DNA from: Amoebophrya sp. A120 | Taxonomy: Eukaryota; Protista; Dinoflagellata | Direction of reading: 5' to 3' | Length of the DNA stretch: 64,000 nucleotides | Assembly (NCBI GenBank): GCA_905178155.1 | Contig: CAJINV010000006.1 | Span: forward strand, 1,737,876-1,801,875 | Part shown: positions 13,901 to 26,400 of the stretch, one piece after another | Layout of the letters: each line of letters begins with the position of its first letter | Numbering within the stretch: position 1 is the stretch's first letter | Notes under the pieces: generated by a model | Told to the model about the DNA's origin: nothing | What the model saw: the letters and a program-made list of their open reading frames with translations, nothing else | Database searches by the model: none | Position numbers and translations under genes: made by a program

Positions 13901-15163
13901 GTATTGCAAGGATGCGCATGAGTGATCGTGACGAACTTTTTTTGTTTGATAAAAAACATGGAGCTGGAGCAGCAGCTGCGGACCATATGAACTGCAAAAG
14001 TATATCGTACTCGTATAAATGCATTACAAATTTTCCCAGCATGAGAAATTGAATTTGTCATGCGGATTTACCTTAAGAAAAAAATTTGTTATGCGTGACT
14101 GCAATTACTACGAGTGCGATAGTTTTGCACAGGATAAACCATATCGTCGAACAACAAGCAGCTGGAGAAATCCATCAACGAAAAGCAAACTGAGGTCGGG
14201 CTTCTTATGGCGTTCTCAAATTGGTTACCCTTACCCTCTCAGCTGTTGCGTGATCTGTCATGCAAAATTACCATCAGAGCCGACACGGCCAAGCAGCTTC
14301 GCATGACAAATTCTCGAAGGAGTGGCAAAGAGGCTGATAAAAATCTGTGCCATCAAATCTGTGATGCAAGACGCGCAAGATCCCCCCCTTTCATCACTCT
14401 TGCCCTCCGTGCATCACAAATCCGTGTAACAGTTGAGACGGTAACCGATTTGAGAATTCCATACTTGTGGAGCAGTGGCGGTCTCTATGACAGTGCACAA
14501 CTCCTCCCCGTCGTTCTCATTTCTCATGCAAAATACCAAATCCACGGCCACGCTTTCCCTCCTGTCACTATTATGCATGACAAGCTCTGGTATCCCAAGT
14601 AGCACTGGTGATGTACTCCAGTGCAACTTTGTCATGCAAATCCGGCACTCTTGCTGACGGTTGTATTGCTAAATATATAATGCTATACAAATGAGGGGAA
14701 GGGGGAGCTGTGCACTGTTATAGTCTCGTTCGGGGGAGTACTTCCGCGAAAAGTACGACTACGAGAACTCGCGGATTACCAAATGCAAATATGTCTGGGT
14801 CTGGAAGAATGCAGATTTTTCTCATGCTGTTTTTGCATGACACAGCAGGTCTGTTATGGAAGTCCTAGCATGATCACAGATATTTCATCGAGAACGTTCG
14901 GCAATGTTTAATCCGCAAGACAAATTCCCCTTTTTGGTGACAGGAAGTGGGCGCGTTTTGCTGCCTATGCATGAGACGAGATTTGCGCGTCTAGTGGAAT
15001 TCTCATCACAAGTTCGGATCCTCATCCTTCCAGACCCAGTCAGACATTTTTGCAGTTGATACGGATCACCAAGCTGCAAAACACGAACAAGCTGCTGCAA
15101 AGTCAGATCGCGGCGGCAAATGCCGGCTTCGACCGCTACTGCGAGCGGAAGGCGAAGATGTAG
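7964..15163 (+). CDS. Gene 2: coiled-coil-rich hypothetical protein with 21 introners and 2 canonical introns
   Basis: ATG 7964 (MPEQLQQQSSAA). The frame stays open through elements starting at 8203, 9052, ~9337, ~9555, ~9908, 10166, 10520, ~10952, ~11306, ~11720, ~11917, ~12117, 12280, ~12628, ~13164, 13475, 13746, ~13986, 14206, 14486 and 14777, and GT-AG introns 8444-8718 and 12978-13098, to TAG 15161-15163. It has E/K/Q/L-rich heptad segments (LERQVSQLEAKQKATDKKLKEEKRR; IKDLQAENSNLRKKNMELEQQLR). Confidence 0.85.
8444..8718 (+). other. Canonical GT-AG intron containing a decayed family A introner (~8562-8700)
   Basis: GTATTAG..TGATCAG, phase 1, joins ISE-G-DPSSPK in frame with ORF 8799-9056. 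Confidence 0.75.
12978..13098 (+). other. Canonical GT-AG intron
   Basis: GTACCA..ATTATTAG, phase 0, joins KRSKS to VATKLAER. Confidence 0.8.
13475..13695. mobile_element. Introner family F representative (about 205-225 bp; TIR TAT..GAAAAAACTGTTTCACTGTG)
   Basis: TSD AAAGC. Other copies at 21090-21304, ~28093-28300, ~38446-38671 and 54944-55152. Confidence 0.9.
13746..13951. mobile_element. Introner family K; an opposite-orientation copy lies at 54670-54880
   Basis: This copy ends ATCGTGACGAACTTTTTTTGTTTGATA and the 54670 copy starts TATCAAACAAAAAAAGTTCGTCACGAT; TSDs AAAAA and GAAAA. Confidence 0.9.
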
Positions 15164-16940
15164 TAGTTGATGAAACGGGAACGCGATCGCGAACGGACAG
15201 AGTGGTCTACTCGAGGACCGCTACAACTACAACTACATCGTCAATAAACCTTCTACTCACTGAATTTGTTGTTTTTCAACTACTTACTTTCATCAATCTT
15301 TATCTTTAATAGTGAACCACAACCAATACCAATTGCAAATTTTTCATCACAATCTTTTTACTATCTTTAGTGCAGATATGGAAGTGTCAGGATTGAAATC
15401 GTCAAAGTTGAAATAATTTGTGATGCATAAAATGCAACCCACAAAGTGCCTGCCTTGCAGAGTAGGCAAGGGAGGCACATTGCAAGGGGGGTAGAAATAG
15501 AGCTGCTAAAGTAGCATGACAGAAGGCGTCTTCCTTGTTACCCAAACAGCAATACAAACTGGATTTAAGCACCGCCAAAACTTGTCATGCGCCACTTGAA
15601 AACTGGGCTCCAACTGGCATCCATTTTATGCATGCCAAACTATTTCAACTCTGACGATTTGTTTCAAACCTGACACATCCATAGCAGAGCCACAAAAACC
15701 AATTGCAAATTTTTCATCACAATCTTTTACTACTTTGTTCACCAAAACTATCCGTACAGTACTTCTGAAGATCATGGTGCACAGACAGTGCCATGAAGAA
15801 GGCCGTTGATGTGCATGGAACACCAGCACCACCAGAGGCGAGCATTTAGACTGAATTTTAGACACAATAAGGAGAAATATACCTCCACTCAAGTAGAGCT
15901 ACCTTCAAGAAATAAAGTTTAGGCCACTTGATTTTCATTTTAGACAACTTTGACAGCGAGGAGAAGTGAAGTGCAGGATATCAGCAGTTTTTAGCTGTAC
16001 TAACAGACTGTGCGCGACGGAGGAGGTGCGGGGGGGAGAATGCATTTCGAACAAACGGGCAGGTGGACGAGAGCAAGTGCTATGAGATTCGGCAATATGG
16101 TCGTGCTCTCGACGACGTCCGGTAATTATGTTGCGCCTGTTTCTAGTACTCCGCGACTTGTTATATCCTTTGAAGACAACAAGAACAGAAGTACTTCTAG
16201 ACCCTGTATTTACACTACGTTGATTAGACCATTTTATTTTTATTAACTCAAGTTGGCATTGCCGTTGGACTTGGAGCACGACTGTGCGGCACCAGTACTA
16301 CACCGTTTGATGCAACAATACGGTCGTAATATCTACTTCGTGCTTGATTCATCATGTACAGATTGATACGTGAATAGAAGGTGACGAAAGAAGAGAAAGG
16401 TAAAAATGGGCTCAGCCACCTCGTGTTGATTGCAGTTGTTGACTAGTATCGATCTTTGATGAAGAGGACAAGCAAGAAGTTCTGCGACGTCGCGTGTCAT
16501 CTGGTTCATGACATCCCCATCAGAAAACAACGACCAATTGTTGTTTTCTTAGAAGATCTACACTAGGTCTTCAAAAAATACCAGAACGCCGAGAACGAGT
16601 GCAAGAAAAAATATAAGTGACTGTACTACTAGACCGCCGCGTGGCCTTCTAGTTGATGACGACCGAGGGCAAGAAGGGAGACCGTAGCTCTAGAATGCGT
16701 GGCTCGAGCGGGAATGAGGGACAAGAACTCGAGAGTAGATCTTGTAGTTCATCGTGGGTTATGTTTGTATTTCCTATCTTTAGGAAAGTGAACAAAGAGG
16801 ACTTCATCTGATACCCTGCAACTACTACAGCACGTCGACTAAGTTGTAGAAACCAAAAGCAAAACACAAGCAAGGAGAGGAACAACTAGACCCACTAGTC
16901 TTCGTCTTCAGGGGTCGTGGTCGCAAAAGAAGAAACCATC

Positions 16941-18555
16941 ATGCTCGGCCTCCGTCCCAACATCGCCAAACTGCCCGAGATATGCACTGCAAAAGTATCG
17001 TACAACTCGTATAGAGCCATGCATAGCAAATTTCCCCAGCATGAGAAATAAAATTTGTAATGCGGATTTAGCTTAAGAACAAGATTTGTAGTGCATGGCT
17101 GCAATTACTATGAGTGCGATACTTTTGCAGCTCATACGAGAGGGGTAACAGCTGTGCGGCAGAAACCGCAAGGAAAACCACCGGCAGCCTCTACTACGAC
17201 TTTGCGGACAGAAAGGCACGAACTTTGTCGAGCGGGCAAGAACTTGCGGCCGCTGCTATAACCCGTTCAGGTGTTACAATCTCAAACGGTACAATAGAAT
17301 TTGGATTTTGTGTTGCATGACGAGCATGACAGACTCGGACAGCATTCCACTTTGCGCAATACAAATTTCGCCAGATTGTAGCGCGGTTTGGGACTCCAGA
17401 ACTTGTCATGCGCAAACCTATGAGAGTCGGCTACATAATGCACCTCTTGCATCACAGATTTCGATATTCTATTGTAACATTTGAGATTGTAACACCTGAG
17501 CAGATTATAGCTGCTGGTGCAACGAGTTCGACTTCCACCAAAACCACCAGATTCAAGTATCAAAAGGAAAAATCTTCCCTCCCCATATCGAAACGGTACG
17601 ATTCCGAAAATTTGTGTTGCTGATTTGAGACCACAAATCGGGTCTGTCTTGCAAGGAGATAAGCGCAGAGGCTTCCGCGCCATTATGGAAGCGATTTGGC
17701 ATGCTGTTGGGCCTAGGGGACGCACGTTTGTAATGCTAAACAACTAGACCCAAGCGCCCCTATCTAGGCTGAGGATCTGGCTGCGATGCCTTACTGCAAG
17801 ACAGCGCGCATTTGTGTACGGAAATCCCGCATCACAGATTTCCGTGTTGATATGGGGAGCGGGGCTTTTTCATTTTGATATCAAGTCCGCAGCCGCGAAG
17901 CCGATCTCGTCGAACCCGCAGCAATTTCCAATCGCCGCTTTGTCCGCATTATGAATTGCAAAAGTATCCGATACTTGTATAAAAAATGCATTACAAATTT
18001 CCTCAGCATGAGAAAGAAAATTTGTAATGCGAATTTACCTTGACAAAATACAATTGTAATACAACGAGTATCAGATACTTTTGCACAGGATACGCATCCA
18101 GACTTGCTAAGGAAGAGCTGGATGACGGGCCTATTTTGGTGGCGTGCCATATGGGGATGTCAGGATCGAAATCGTCAAAGTTGAAATAATCTGTAATGCA
18201 AAAAAGCCATACCAGCTGGAGCCCAGTTTGCAAGTGGCGCATGACAAATTTTGGCAGCATGGAAATCCAATTTGTCATGCTGCTTGGGCAGAGAAAACTG
18301 CTTTTGTCATGCTATTTTAGCAGCTCTGTCTCACACCCCAAACAGGATTATAATCGGCCTCAGTTGGCTGCTCTGCAAGACAGGCACTTTGCGTCTAGCA
18401 TTTTATGCATCACAAACTATTTCAACTTTGACGATTTCAATTCTGACGCTTCCATATGCCAGAAGCCGGTCGCAGTTTTGAAGGCACAAGAGGGCTTGAG
18501 AAAGAAGAGGCTTGGGGAGAAAATTTTGCCGGAGACCGTGAGGGCAGAAACGTAG
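16941..18555 (+). CDS. Gene 3: short hypothetical protein with 5 introners; true start may lie upstream
   Basis: MLGLRPNIAKLPE|RGNSCAAE..AAA|GATSST..RFK|SAAAKP..SA|SRLAKEELDDG..AC|QKPVAV.. to TAG at 18555. Perfect TSDs CGAGA, GCTGC, TCAAG, CGCAT and TGCCA. Confidence 0.7.
17257..17509. mobile_element. Introner family J (single copy here, ~44-bp TIR TATAAYCYGYTCAGGTGTTACAATCTCAAA)
   Basis: TSD GCTGC; removal restores the gene 3 frame. Confidence 0.88.
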
Positions 18556-20377
18556 TGAAATAAACTTTGATCATATAAGATGATGAATTTCTCACTGACA
18601 AAGCTATTTTAGTAATTTTTTTTGTATGATGCTCTTGCAGTTGTCTAGAATGCAATTTATCGTGCTACAGTTAACTTCACTGCATGAGACGAGAAGAAAC
18701 TTGGTGTAGTCATGCGTCTTTTGCAATTACAACTGCGTTATCAAATGTAAAAATGTCTGGGTCTGGAAGATTCATGCTGTTTTTGCATGACACAGAAGGT
18801 CTGGCATGGAAGCTCTAGCATCACAGGTTTCGAGAAGCTTCCGCAATGCCGAACCCGCATGAGAAATCCCCTATTTTGGCGACAGAATTGAGCAGCTTTT
18901 GCTACCGATGCATGAGAGATTTTTCTGTGTTCGAAAATGCGCATCACAAGTTCGGATCCTTCCAGACCCAGACATTTTTTACAGAAAATTTTATAATCAA
19001 TACGAGTCGTATTAGACCGACGCAGAAAGCGCGCGCAATCGTATTGGTCCCATTGCTCGTATTGGTCGCCTCGTATTGACGTGGCGCCAGGGCCCCCAAG
19101 ATGGTAGGCCCGCCCAGCCGCCTGCCCTGATTGGTATACCGTAATCGCGTCGCGAAAAACGACCGCGCGCCGCTTGGAAACTTTTGAAAGTACTGAAGTA
19201 GCCACGCCACTAAAAAAAAAAACAACTCGGCGCCGCGCCTGCGGCGCGGCTTTTCCTTTTCCTTTTGGTAAACAACGGCTAACAAATTAATGGGAACTAG
19301 CGGGCGCTTGCTCTTGCTGGCGACGCCACTGTTTCCAAATACGCCCGCAGCGCAGCGCTGCTCCTTCTGCGCCCCTGACTCCTATGCTTCGCCATATGAG
19401 TTTGAGGGGCCGGGCAGAGTCAAGCATCGCCGCCATTCATCGGCGCCTGAGTTGGTTTGTTCCATCCTTGGACTCAGACTAGAAACAGGCTTCATTAGAA
19501 GTGGGGGGCCTCTCTCTCGAGATTTAGTTGTCCCAGGGGGACGAGGGCCCGACCGCGTATCATGTCCCGCGCCCGTCCTGTGTCATCTTAGAGGGGAAAG
19601 CCCCATGAAGATCGCAGCACCATGGAGCCGTGGGCCCGCACATTTTCGAAGGAAAGTTGAAGTGGCTATCTCAACGCTCCTCCATGCAGGAGAGTTGAAG
19701 GAGCCGCTTCAGCAACCTTTGCACCTCTTTTGTCCTTCATTTCTGCATGACAAATTTCCAAACTTGGAAACTTGGCATCCATAAATGAAGGGCCACAGAA
19801 TGAAAGCCAAAGTTGTTGAAGTGGCCACTTCGGCTTTTCCTCCATCGGAGATAGGAAAGTTTAAGTGGCCGCTTCGTCAGCAGTGAGTAGTTTGTTTGCC
19901 CCTCATTTCTGCATTGCACATTGCCAATCATGGTGGCAATTTGTATAAGCTGAAACGAAGGACAAAGAAAAGCGCTTCCTTTGTGCTTCGAAAGTTCCGG
20001 CTCCCGCTCGTGGGAGAACGAAAAAGCTGTGACGTGAGTAAAGATTTTACTGCTCAGGTCCGGCGGCCTATTAAGTAAAACTTTTACTCAGGTCCGATGG
20101 CCTGAGTAAAATCTTCAGCCAGGAGGAGCAGGGCCATGCCGAAAAAATTGCTCGCGAGCGGTCGGGATGAGAAAAACCCGCTTGAAAATTCAGAAAACGC
20201 TTGCCTTGAGAAAATTTTGCCGGAGACCGTGAGGGCAGAAACGTAGTGAAATAAAGATAAACTTTGATATAAGATGATGAACCTGTTCCAACTAACAAAT
20301 TCATTTTGAATTTTTTGTATGATGAGATGCTCTTGCAGTAAGTAGTTGTCTAGAATGCAATTTATCGTGCTATAGTT
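18517..20377. repeat. ~160-bp direct duplication (18517-18672 and 20208-20377) flanking a truncated introner plus a 1.2-kb insert
   Basis: GAGAAAATTTTGCCGGAGACCGTGAGGGCAGAAACGTAGTGAAATAAA..GTTGTCTAGAATGCAATTTATCGTGCTA is present twice, with small indels. Confidence 0.85.
18981..20207. mobile_element. Non-coding insert of unknown class abutting a family B introner (18739-~18980) that lacks its terminal bases
   Basis: Abrupt compositional change, repeated CGTATTG units at 19008-19078, hairpin TTTTACTCAGG..CCTGAGTAAAA at ~20082-20111, no credible ORF. Confidence 0.55.
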
Positions 20378-20465
20378 TTCTGCATCCGAGGAGCAAGCTG
20401 ATGTCAGGTTGCGTTTTTTGCAACGACAACTACATAATATCATCAGGTACGTCCGTCTTCACAGC

Positions 20466-23400
20466 ATGCTCTTCCCCGCTCCGGTACCCTGAGTAAAAAT
20501 GTCGCGGACACCACCCCAGAGTTGTCATGCTGATTCGCAATTATGACAGGATCAAGAATAGCAACAGTTTCAGTTGTTGTAATGCGGACCCCCTTGTTGA
20601 GTGTGAGAGATACATATGATAAATTTCCAACACCCCCATGAGAGATACTTAGCTCCAATCGTTTTTTGGCATTTGTAATGCTGTGAAGAGGATGAGGAGA
20701 TAGCTTTGTGATGTGGCTGATGTACTTGCTGAACTACACTACACCACAATCCGCAGAGGAACTTGGCATGCGCGACTCTTAATAAAAAACCTCTGGACTT
20801 GTAATATTGCTATTGAGTTTTGTTCATCATTGACTCGGGGTTGAGGACGTTTTTATACGGAATACCCGCCTGCCAGCGAAGACGAGCCTGCGTCAAAGAT
20901 ATGAATTGCAAAAGTATCGTACTGGTATAAATGCATGACAAATTCCCTCAGCATGAGAAATAAAATTTGTTATGCGGATTTACCTTGAGGAAAAAATTTG
21001 TAATGCATGACTGCAATTACTACGAGTGCGATACTTTTGCAGTGCATAAAAGATGCCACAGCTCGAAACTTTGAAGCACCAGCTGAATGTATCCCACGAA
21101 AAAACTGTTTCACTGTGATGATGATTTTGCAAGATCTGCATCACAAGTTTGTCACACATGACAGAGAAAATTTTCCATGCGCGCTTCCAATTGGAAATAA
21201 ACACCCCTAAGGAGTCAAGGTCTTGCAGGTGTAGCAAGACAAATAGTTCTGCGTTCCATTCTATGCATCACAAGTTCACAGCGAAACAGTTTTTTCTTGC
21301 GATAGAATGCGGTAGCAGAGGCGAATCAGCTTGGAACCAAGGAGAGCCTGCTCCCACCCGAATTGCTGAACGAAATCGAATATCAAATGCAAATACGTCT
21401 GGGTGTGGAAACATGCAAAGTTTGTCATGCATATTTAGCATGACCCCCCGCCCCGTGATGCCTGTAATGCATGGCCTAGCATGACAGATTTGTAGAGGGC
21501 TTCCTTACGCCTGTTCTGCGTGAGAAATGCCCTCTCCGCGTAGTACAAACTGGGCTCCTCTTGCTCGCTGCAATGCAGATCTTTTTCGAATCCAGAGACT
21601 ACAGCATCATAAGTTGCAACCTTCCAGACATCCAGGGATGTTTGCGTTTGATACCGAGCAAATTCTCCACGAGCGGTGGACCCAATATCGCGAGAAAAAA
21701 CTGCTCAACTTGTAATGCGGACATGACTCGAGACAGTCAGATTTCAATTTTTGTCATGCTCGACATGCAGGAAGGTTGGTCATGAGCTTCACACACGTTT
21801 TCTCTTGCTGTTTGAAGCATGATCATAAGTTTTGTTTATCTTGCTTCGGGAATTCCAATTTGTGTTGCTGAGTCTGCAAAGATTTGAGACTGAGACAGTT
21901 TTTTCTTGGGATACCCACGACGTCAGGCAAGTTTTGTCCGAAATCGACAGCTGCGGCACGCAATTGGAAAACAGCCGCGTTTATGGATTGCAAATATCCC
22001 TGGATGTCTGGAACGAAGATTGCAACTTGTCATGCTACATCCGAATCATGCAAAAATCTGTGTTGCATGAGTGCCAAAAGCTGTTCACTTTCTACCAACT
22101 TGGCAAGGAGTTTCTCATGCAGGATGGGCATGACAGAGATGTTTGCAATGCATAGCGTTAGCAAAATCGCCGAACTGCAGCGGTTGGTCGACTATCTTGT
22201 GCAAAAGTATCGTACTCGTACAAATGCTAATGCAAGTCTTGCATTACAAATCTTGCATTCAAGGCAAATCTGCATTACAAATTTTATTTCTCATGCTGAG
22301 GAAATTTGTAATGCATTTATACGAGTACGATACTTTTGCAGTTCATATCGACTGTTGCTCTCTCGTCGGTGTTATCCTGTGCAAAAGTATCGTACTCGTA
22401 TTGCAGTCCTGCATTACAAATTTTTTTCTCAAGGTGAATCTGCATTACAAATTTTCTTTCTCATGCTGAGGAAATTTGTGATGCATTAATACGAGTACGA
22501 TACTTTTGCAGTTCATAGGTGTGGGCAAGGGGGCAAAAGGATCCGTGGAAGCGTCGTGCAGACTGAAAACCGACGACCAGCTACGAACCGAGGCGGAATG
22601 CGTACTGGAGACCCTGAAACTGGACTATCCTACTTAGTAAAAACGTCCCCACACGACCATAGTCAAGATGGGAATAAATCTGCTAGACAATAAATCCACA
22701 ACCAAGGCTTGGTTGTTGCGCATGACAAGTTTGGGCGAGCAATTGAATCGTATTCAGCTAGTTTACCAGCATCACAAATCTAGAATTTCATGCTGATTGG
22801 AGAGCATGGCAAAATGATCCGCAACAGGAGGAGAAAACGCTTGTTCTCATGGGTTCTTCCGCATGGGAAACATCTTCAGCATGCAGAATTGCATTACAGC
22901 TAGGGGGCGGGGACGTTTTTACAAATGATATGGGCCAGCTGTGGTTCAAAACGACGGAGACTCTGGCGAAATCGGGTATCCAGTGCAAAAGTATCGTACT
23001 CGTATTCTTACAGTCATGCATTACAAATCTTTTTCTCAAGGTAAATTCGCATTACAAATTTTATTTCTCATGCTGAGAAAATTTGTAATGCATTTACACT
23101 ACTAGTACGATACTTTTGCACTGCATATCGGCCGAGCGGGGACAACAGGGTGGCGAAGGTTTCCGTGCGGAGCTATCAAATGCAAAAATATCTGGGTCTG
23201 GAAGGTTGGAAGACTTGTCATGCAGGTCTTCCATGACACGTGAGGTCTGTCATACATGACCCAGCATGACAGATTCTGTCTCACCTCTATCATGCCTCGT
23301 CTGCATGAGAAACTTCCTTTCAACTTGGTCAAAAGTGGACAGCTTTTGGCATTCATGCAACACAGATTTTTGCACGATCCAGAATTAGCATATACAGGTT

Positions 23401-26400
23401 GTAACCTTCCAGACCCAGACATTTTTGCAATGCATAGGAGCAAGGGGAAGAGGAGTTTCCGCCGGCCCCTGAAGCTGTCGATGGTGGAGCAGGTAGTGCG
23501 GAGGCAATGACAGTGGAAAACGAGGGGGACGGAGGTATAAATTATATATTCGAATAAAATGATTGACTGTTTGTTTTTACAAGAAATTTTCCGCCACAGG
23601 AAGATAGACTGACATGAATCAAGCACGCATGAACATAGAAAATAACGGTGGACGCCTTTATTTTTTCATCTAATTTCAAGTACTTGTTCCTGCATCTGAA
23701 TATTAAACGATGACGAAGCAAGCATCTTCATCAGCTTCACACAGAAATATATATTTTCGTAAACGTTTATCCTAGTAGGTGACAATGCTGTCGGTCAACC
23801 ATATGGAAGTGTCAGGATGGAAAAAATCGACAAAGTTTGTAATGCAGAAAATCGATACCAGTTCCACTTCCACTTGGACCTTTTGGAACCCAGTTTATTC
23901 TACGCGGCGCATGATAAATTTTGGCAACTATTACACCTAGATCGAGTGCGCCATGCTGTTTGGCGGGCACGACGAAGACTTCTTTTGTCGTGCTATTCTA
24001 ACAGCAACAGCCCTGTCATCTCAGACCACAAACACGCTTGCAATCGGCCTCACTTGATGTTGCCAGATCCCTGCAAGACCACTGCCACTTGATGCCTTCC
24101 ATTTTGTGCATGACAAGGTGTTTCGATTTCGATCCTGACACCTCCATACACCAGCGGATGGCGAGGAAGTAGGTCTGACCGAGGATGCAGCAGTATTGGC
24201 GTCAGCGGACACGACAACACTCGAGAAGATGCCAGCACAACCATTCTATGCACTGCAAAAGTATCGTACTAGTATAAGTCGCATGATAATGATAAATTTC
24301 CTGAGCATGATGAGAAAAGAAATCTGTAATGCGGCTTTACCTTGACAATGAAATTTGTAATGCATAAATGCGATTAGTACAACGAGTGCGATGCTTTTGC
24401 AGCGCATACATTCGGGGATGCGAATGACCTGAAAACGCTGATCACCGCCATGGAAACGGCGTACAAATACCGCGACTCGGCTATGGCGTTCTCAACTGTT
24501 AAGTATATTCTCGGCTGTTACATATACATGGACTTGTGATGCAAGAATGGAAAAAGTGAACGGGGTGACATTCCGCGTCTTGCATGACAGATTTTGCACA
24601 GATTCTCAGCCTCTTAGGCTCTTCGAGAATTTGTCACGCGAAGCAGCTTGATGGTGTCGATTCTGAATCTGAAGGTAATTTGGCATGACAAATCATGCAA
24701 CAGTATGAGAATGTAACACTTGAGAGCGCCATATCGGCCACCTACCTCTGTGCGCAGATCCAGCAGCGGGCGTTAGAAGTGTCGCGAATGTTATCCGACT
24801 TGAAAAATACACATGTTGTGATCGTGGGATCTTCTTCGACAAACAATAAAACTGCACTTTTTCATGATGATCCTGCCTTGTTACAAGAAAATTTCGTCAT
24901 CGTCGCGTCCCTGGTGTTCTGTACAAGACACGAAATTTTTCTATCCTCTCCCACAGAGAAGATGAAAAAGAAAATGCACATCATGCAGTTTATTTTACTT
25001 GGTTTTTTTTCCTTTGATACCTATGGGTGACCAGCAGTGGCGTGTTATCTGACTTCCCGACAAATTTTCATCTTGGAAAAGTGATGAGCTACGGACTTCT
25101 CACTGCGTTTCCACCGGTGTTCTAGAAAGGAGTGAGAAGTCAGCGACTTCTCGTTTCTGAAGCATTTTCATTTGTGAGAATTCACTGATTTCTCACTTCT
25201 GAAAAGTTTTCATGTTGAAAAGCAAGAAGTCGCTTCGCTGACTTCTCACTTCTGAAAAGTTTTCATTTGGGAAAAGTGAGAAGTCACTGATCTCACTCGG
25301 TTTGCCGAACAATCCGAGAAACGGAGTGGGAAATCAGTGATTTTTCACTTTTGAAAGACTCTCACTCTGGTTGGAGTCACGCTGACTCTTCCCAGAGTGA
25401 GAATTTTTCAAAAGTGAGAAATCAGTGATTTCTCACTACTTTTCTCGAAGGTACCCGAGCACCGAATGCCCTTCGGAGCTCGGGTACCTTCGAGAAAAGT
25501 AGTGAGAAATCAGTGATTTCTCACTTTTGAAAAATTCTCACTCTGGAGTCGAACTCCAGAAAAAGTTTCCAGCCGTCAAGATTTTGCGAGAGTGAGAAGT
25601 CACTGATTTCTCACTTCTTTTCTCTAAGCCTTTCGGGATGTGTAGGTGACTTCTCACTCCGAGTGAAAAAGCCAGTGAGCTTGCACTTGGTTTTTTGAAT
25701 GTCTTCGGGAGGCAGCGCGAAAGCTCGCTGCGTGCGAAAAGTTAATGGAATTTCATTCCCCCACTTCTCCAGCCTATTCGTAAAACGGAGCGAAAAGGCG
25801 CGGACTTTTTACTCCCTCCCTGAGGGGCCCTTTGGGCGAGCCCGAAGTGCAAAGCCAGCGCGTTTTCGCTTTTGCTGTCAGCGCGCTCGCAAAGTCAGCT
25901 GGCTTTGATTGCCCCCCTAGGGGGATTTGTTTTGTGCCGTCGATCTTCGTGCTGCTGCAGAGGTTTGCGAAGCTTCAAAAGAACTACACTAGCGCGCCAA
26001 ACTGATCGACTTGGCGTGAATTCTGTCCCTCGAAGGCGTCCGGAGAAGTTTTCCGGCGAAAAGGGGGGGGGGGCTTTTGCGAGTCATGCATCATGCAGTT
26101 TATTTTACTTGGTTTTTGTTCCTTTGATACCTGTGGGTGACCAGCAGTGGCGTGTTATAAGCGAAAACCAAAAAAAAATACCAGGCAAGTCGCCAGCGAT
26201 TTAGATGGGAGGGGGGGCACCAGCAGCAGCAACATGGGGTGTATAGGTGGTCGCGCGCTTGTTTTCCAATTTTGGACAGCCAGCATAAGCCCCAGAACGC
26301 GCATGGCCGGCGCAGGTTGCCATTGTGGCTGCTCTTACCTTGGCCAGCCCCGGGCTTGATGCGTGGGCAGTATGCCGGCGGAGCGATCGGCGCCGGGCGG

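Noticed and set aside
25449-25490. GAGCTCGGGTACC resembling a SacI-KpnI cloning polylinker
   Set aside because: It differs from the pUC sequence GAGCTCGGTACC, lacks the other sites and is part of a native palindrome.
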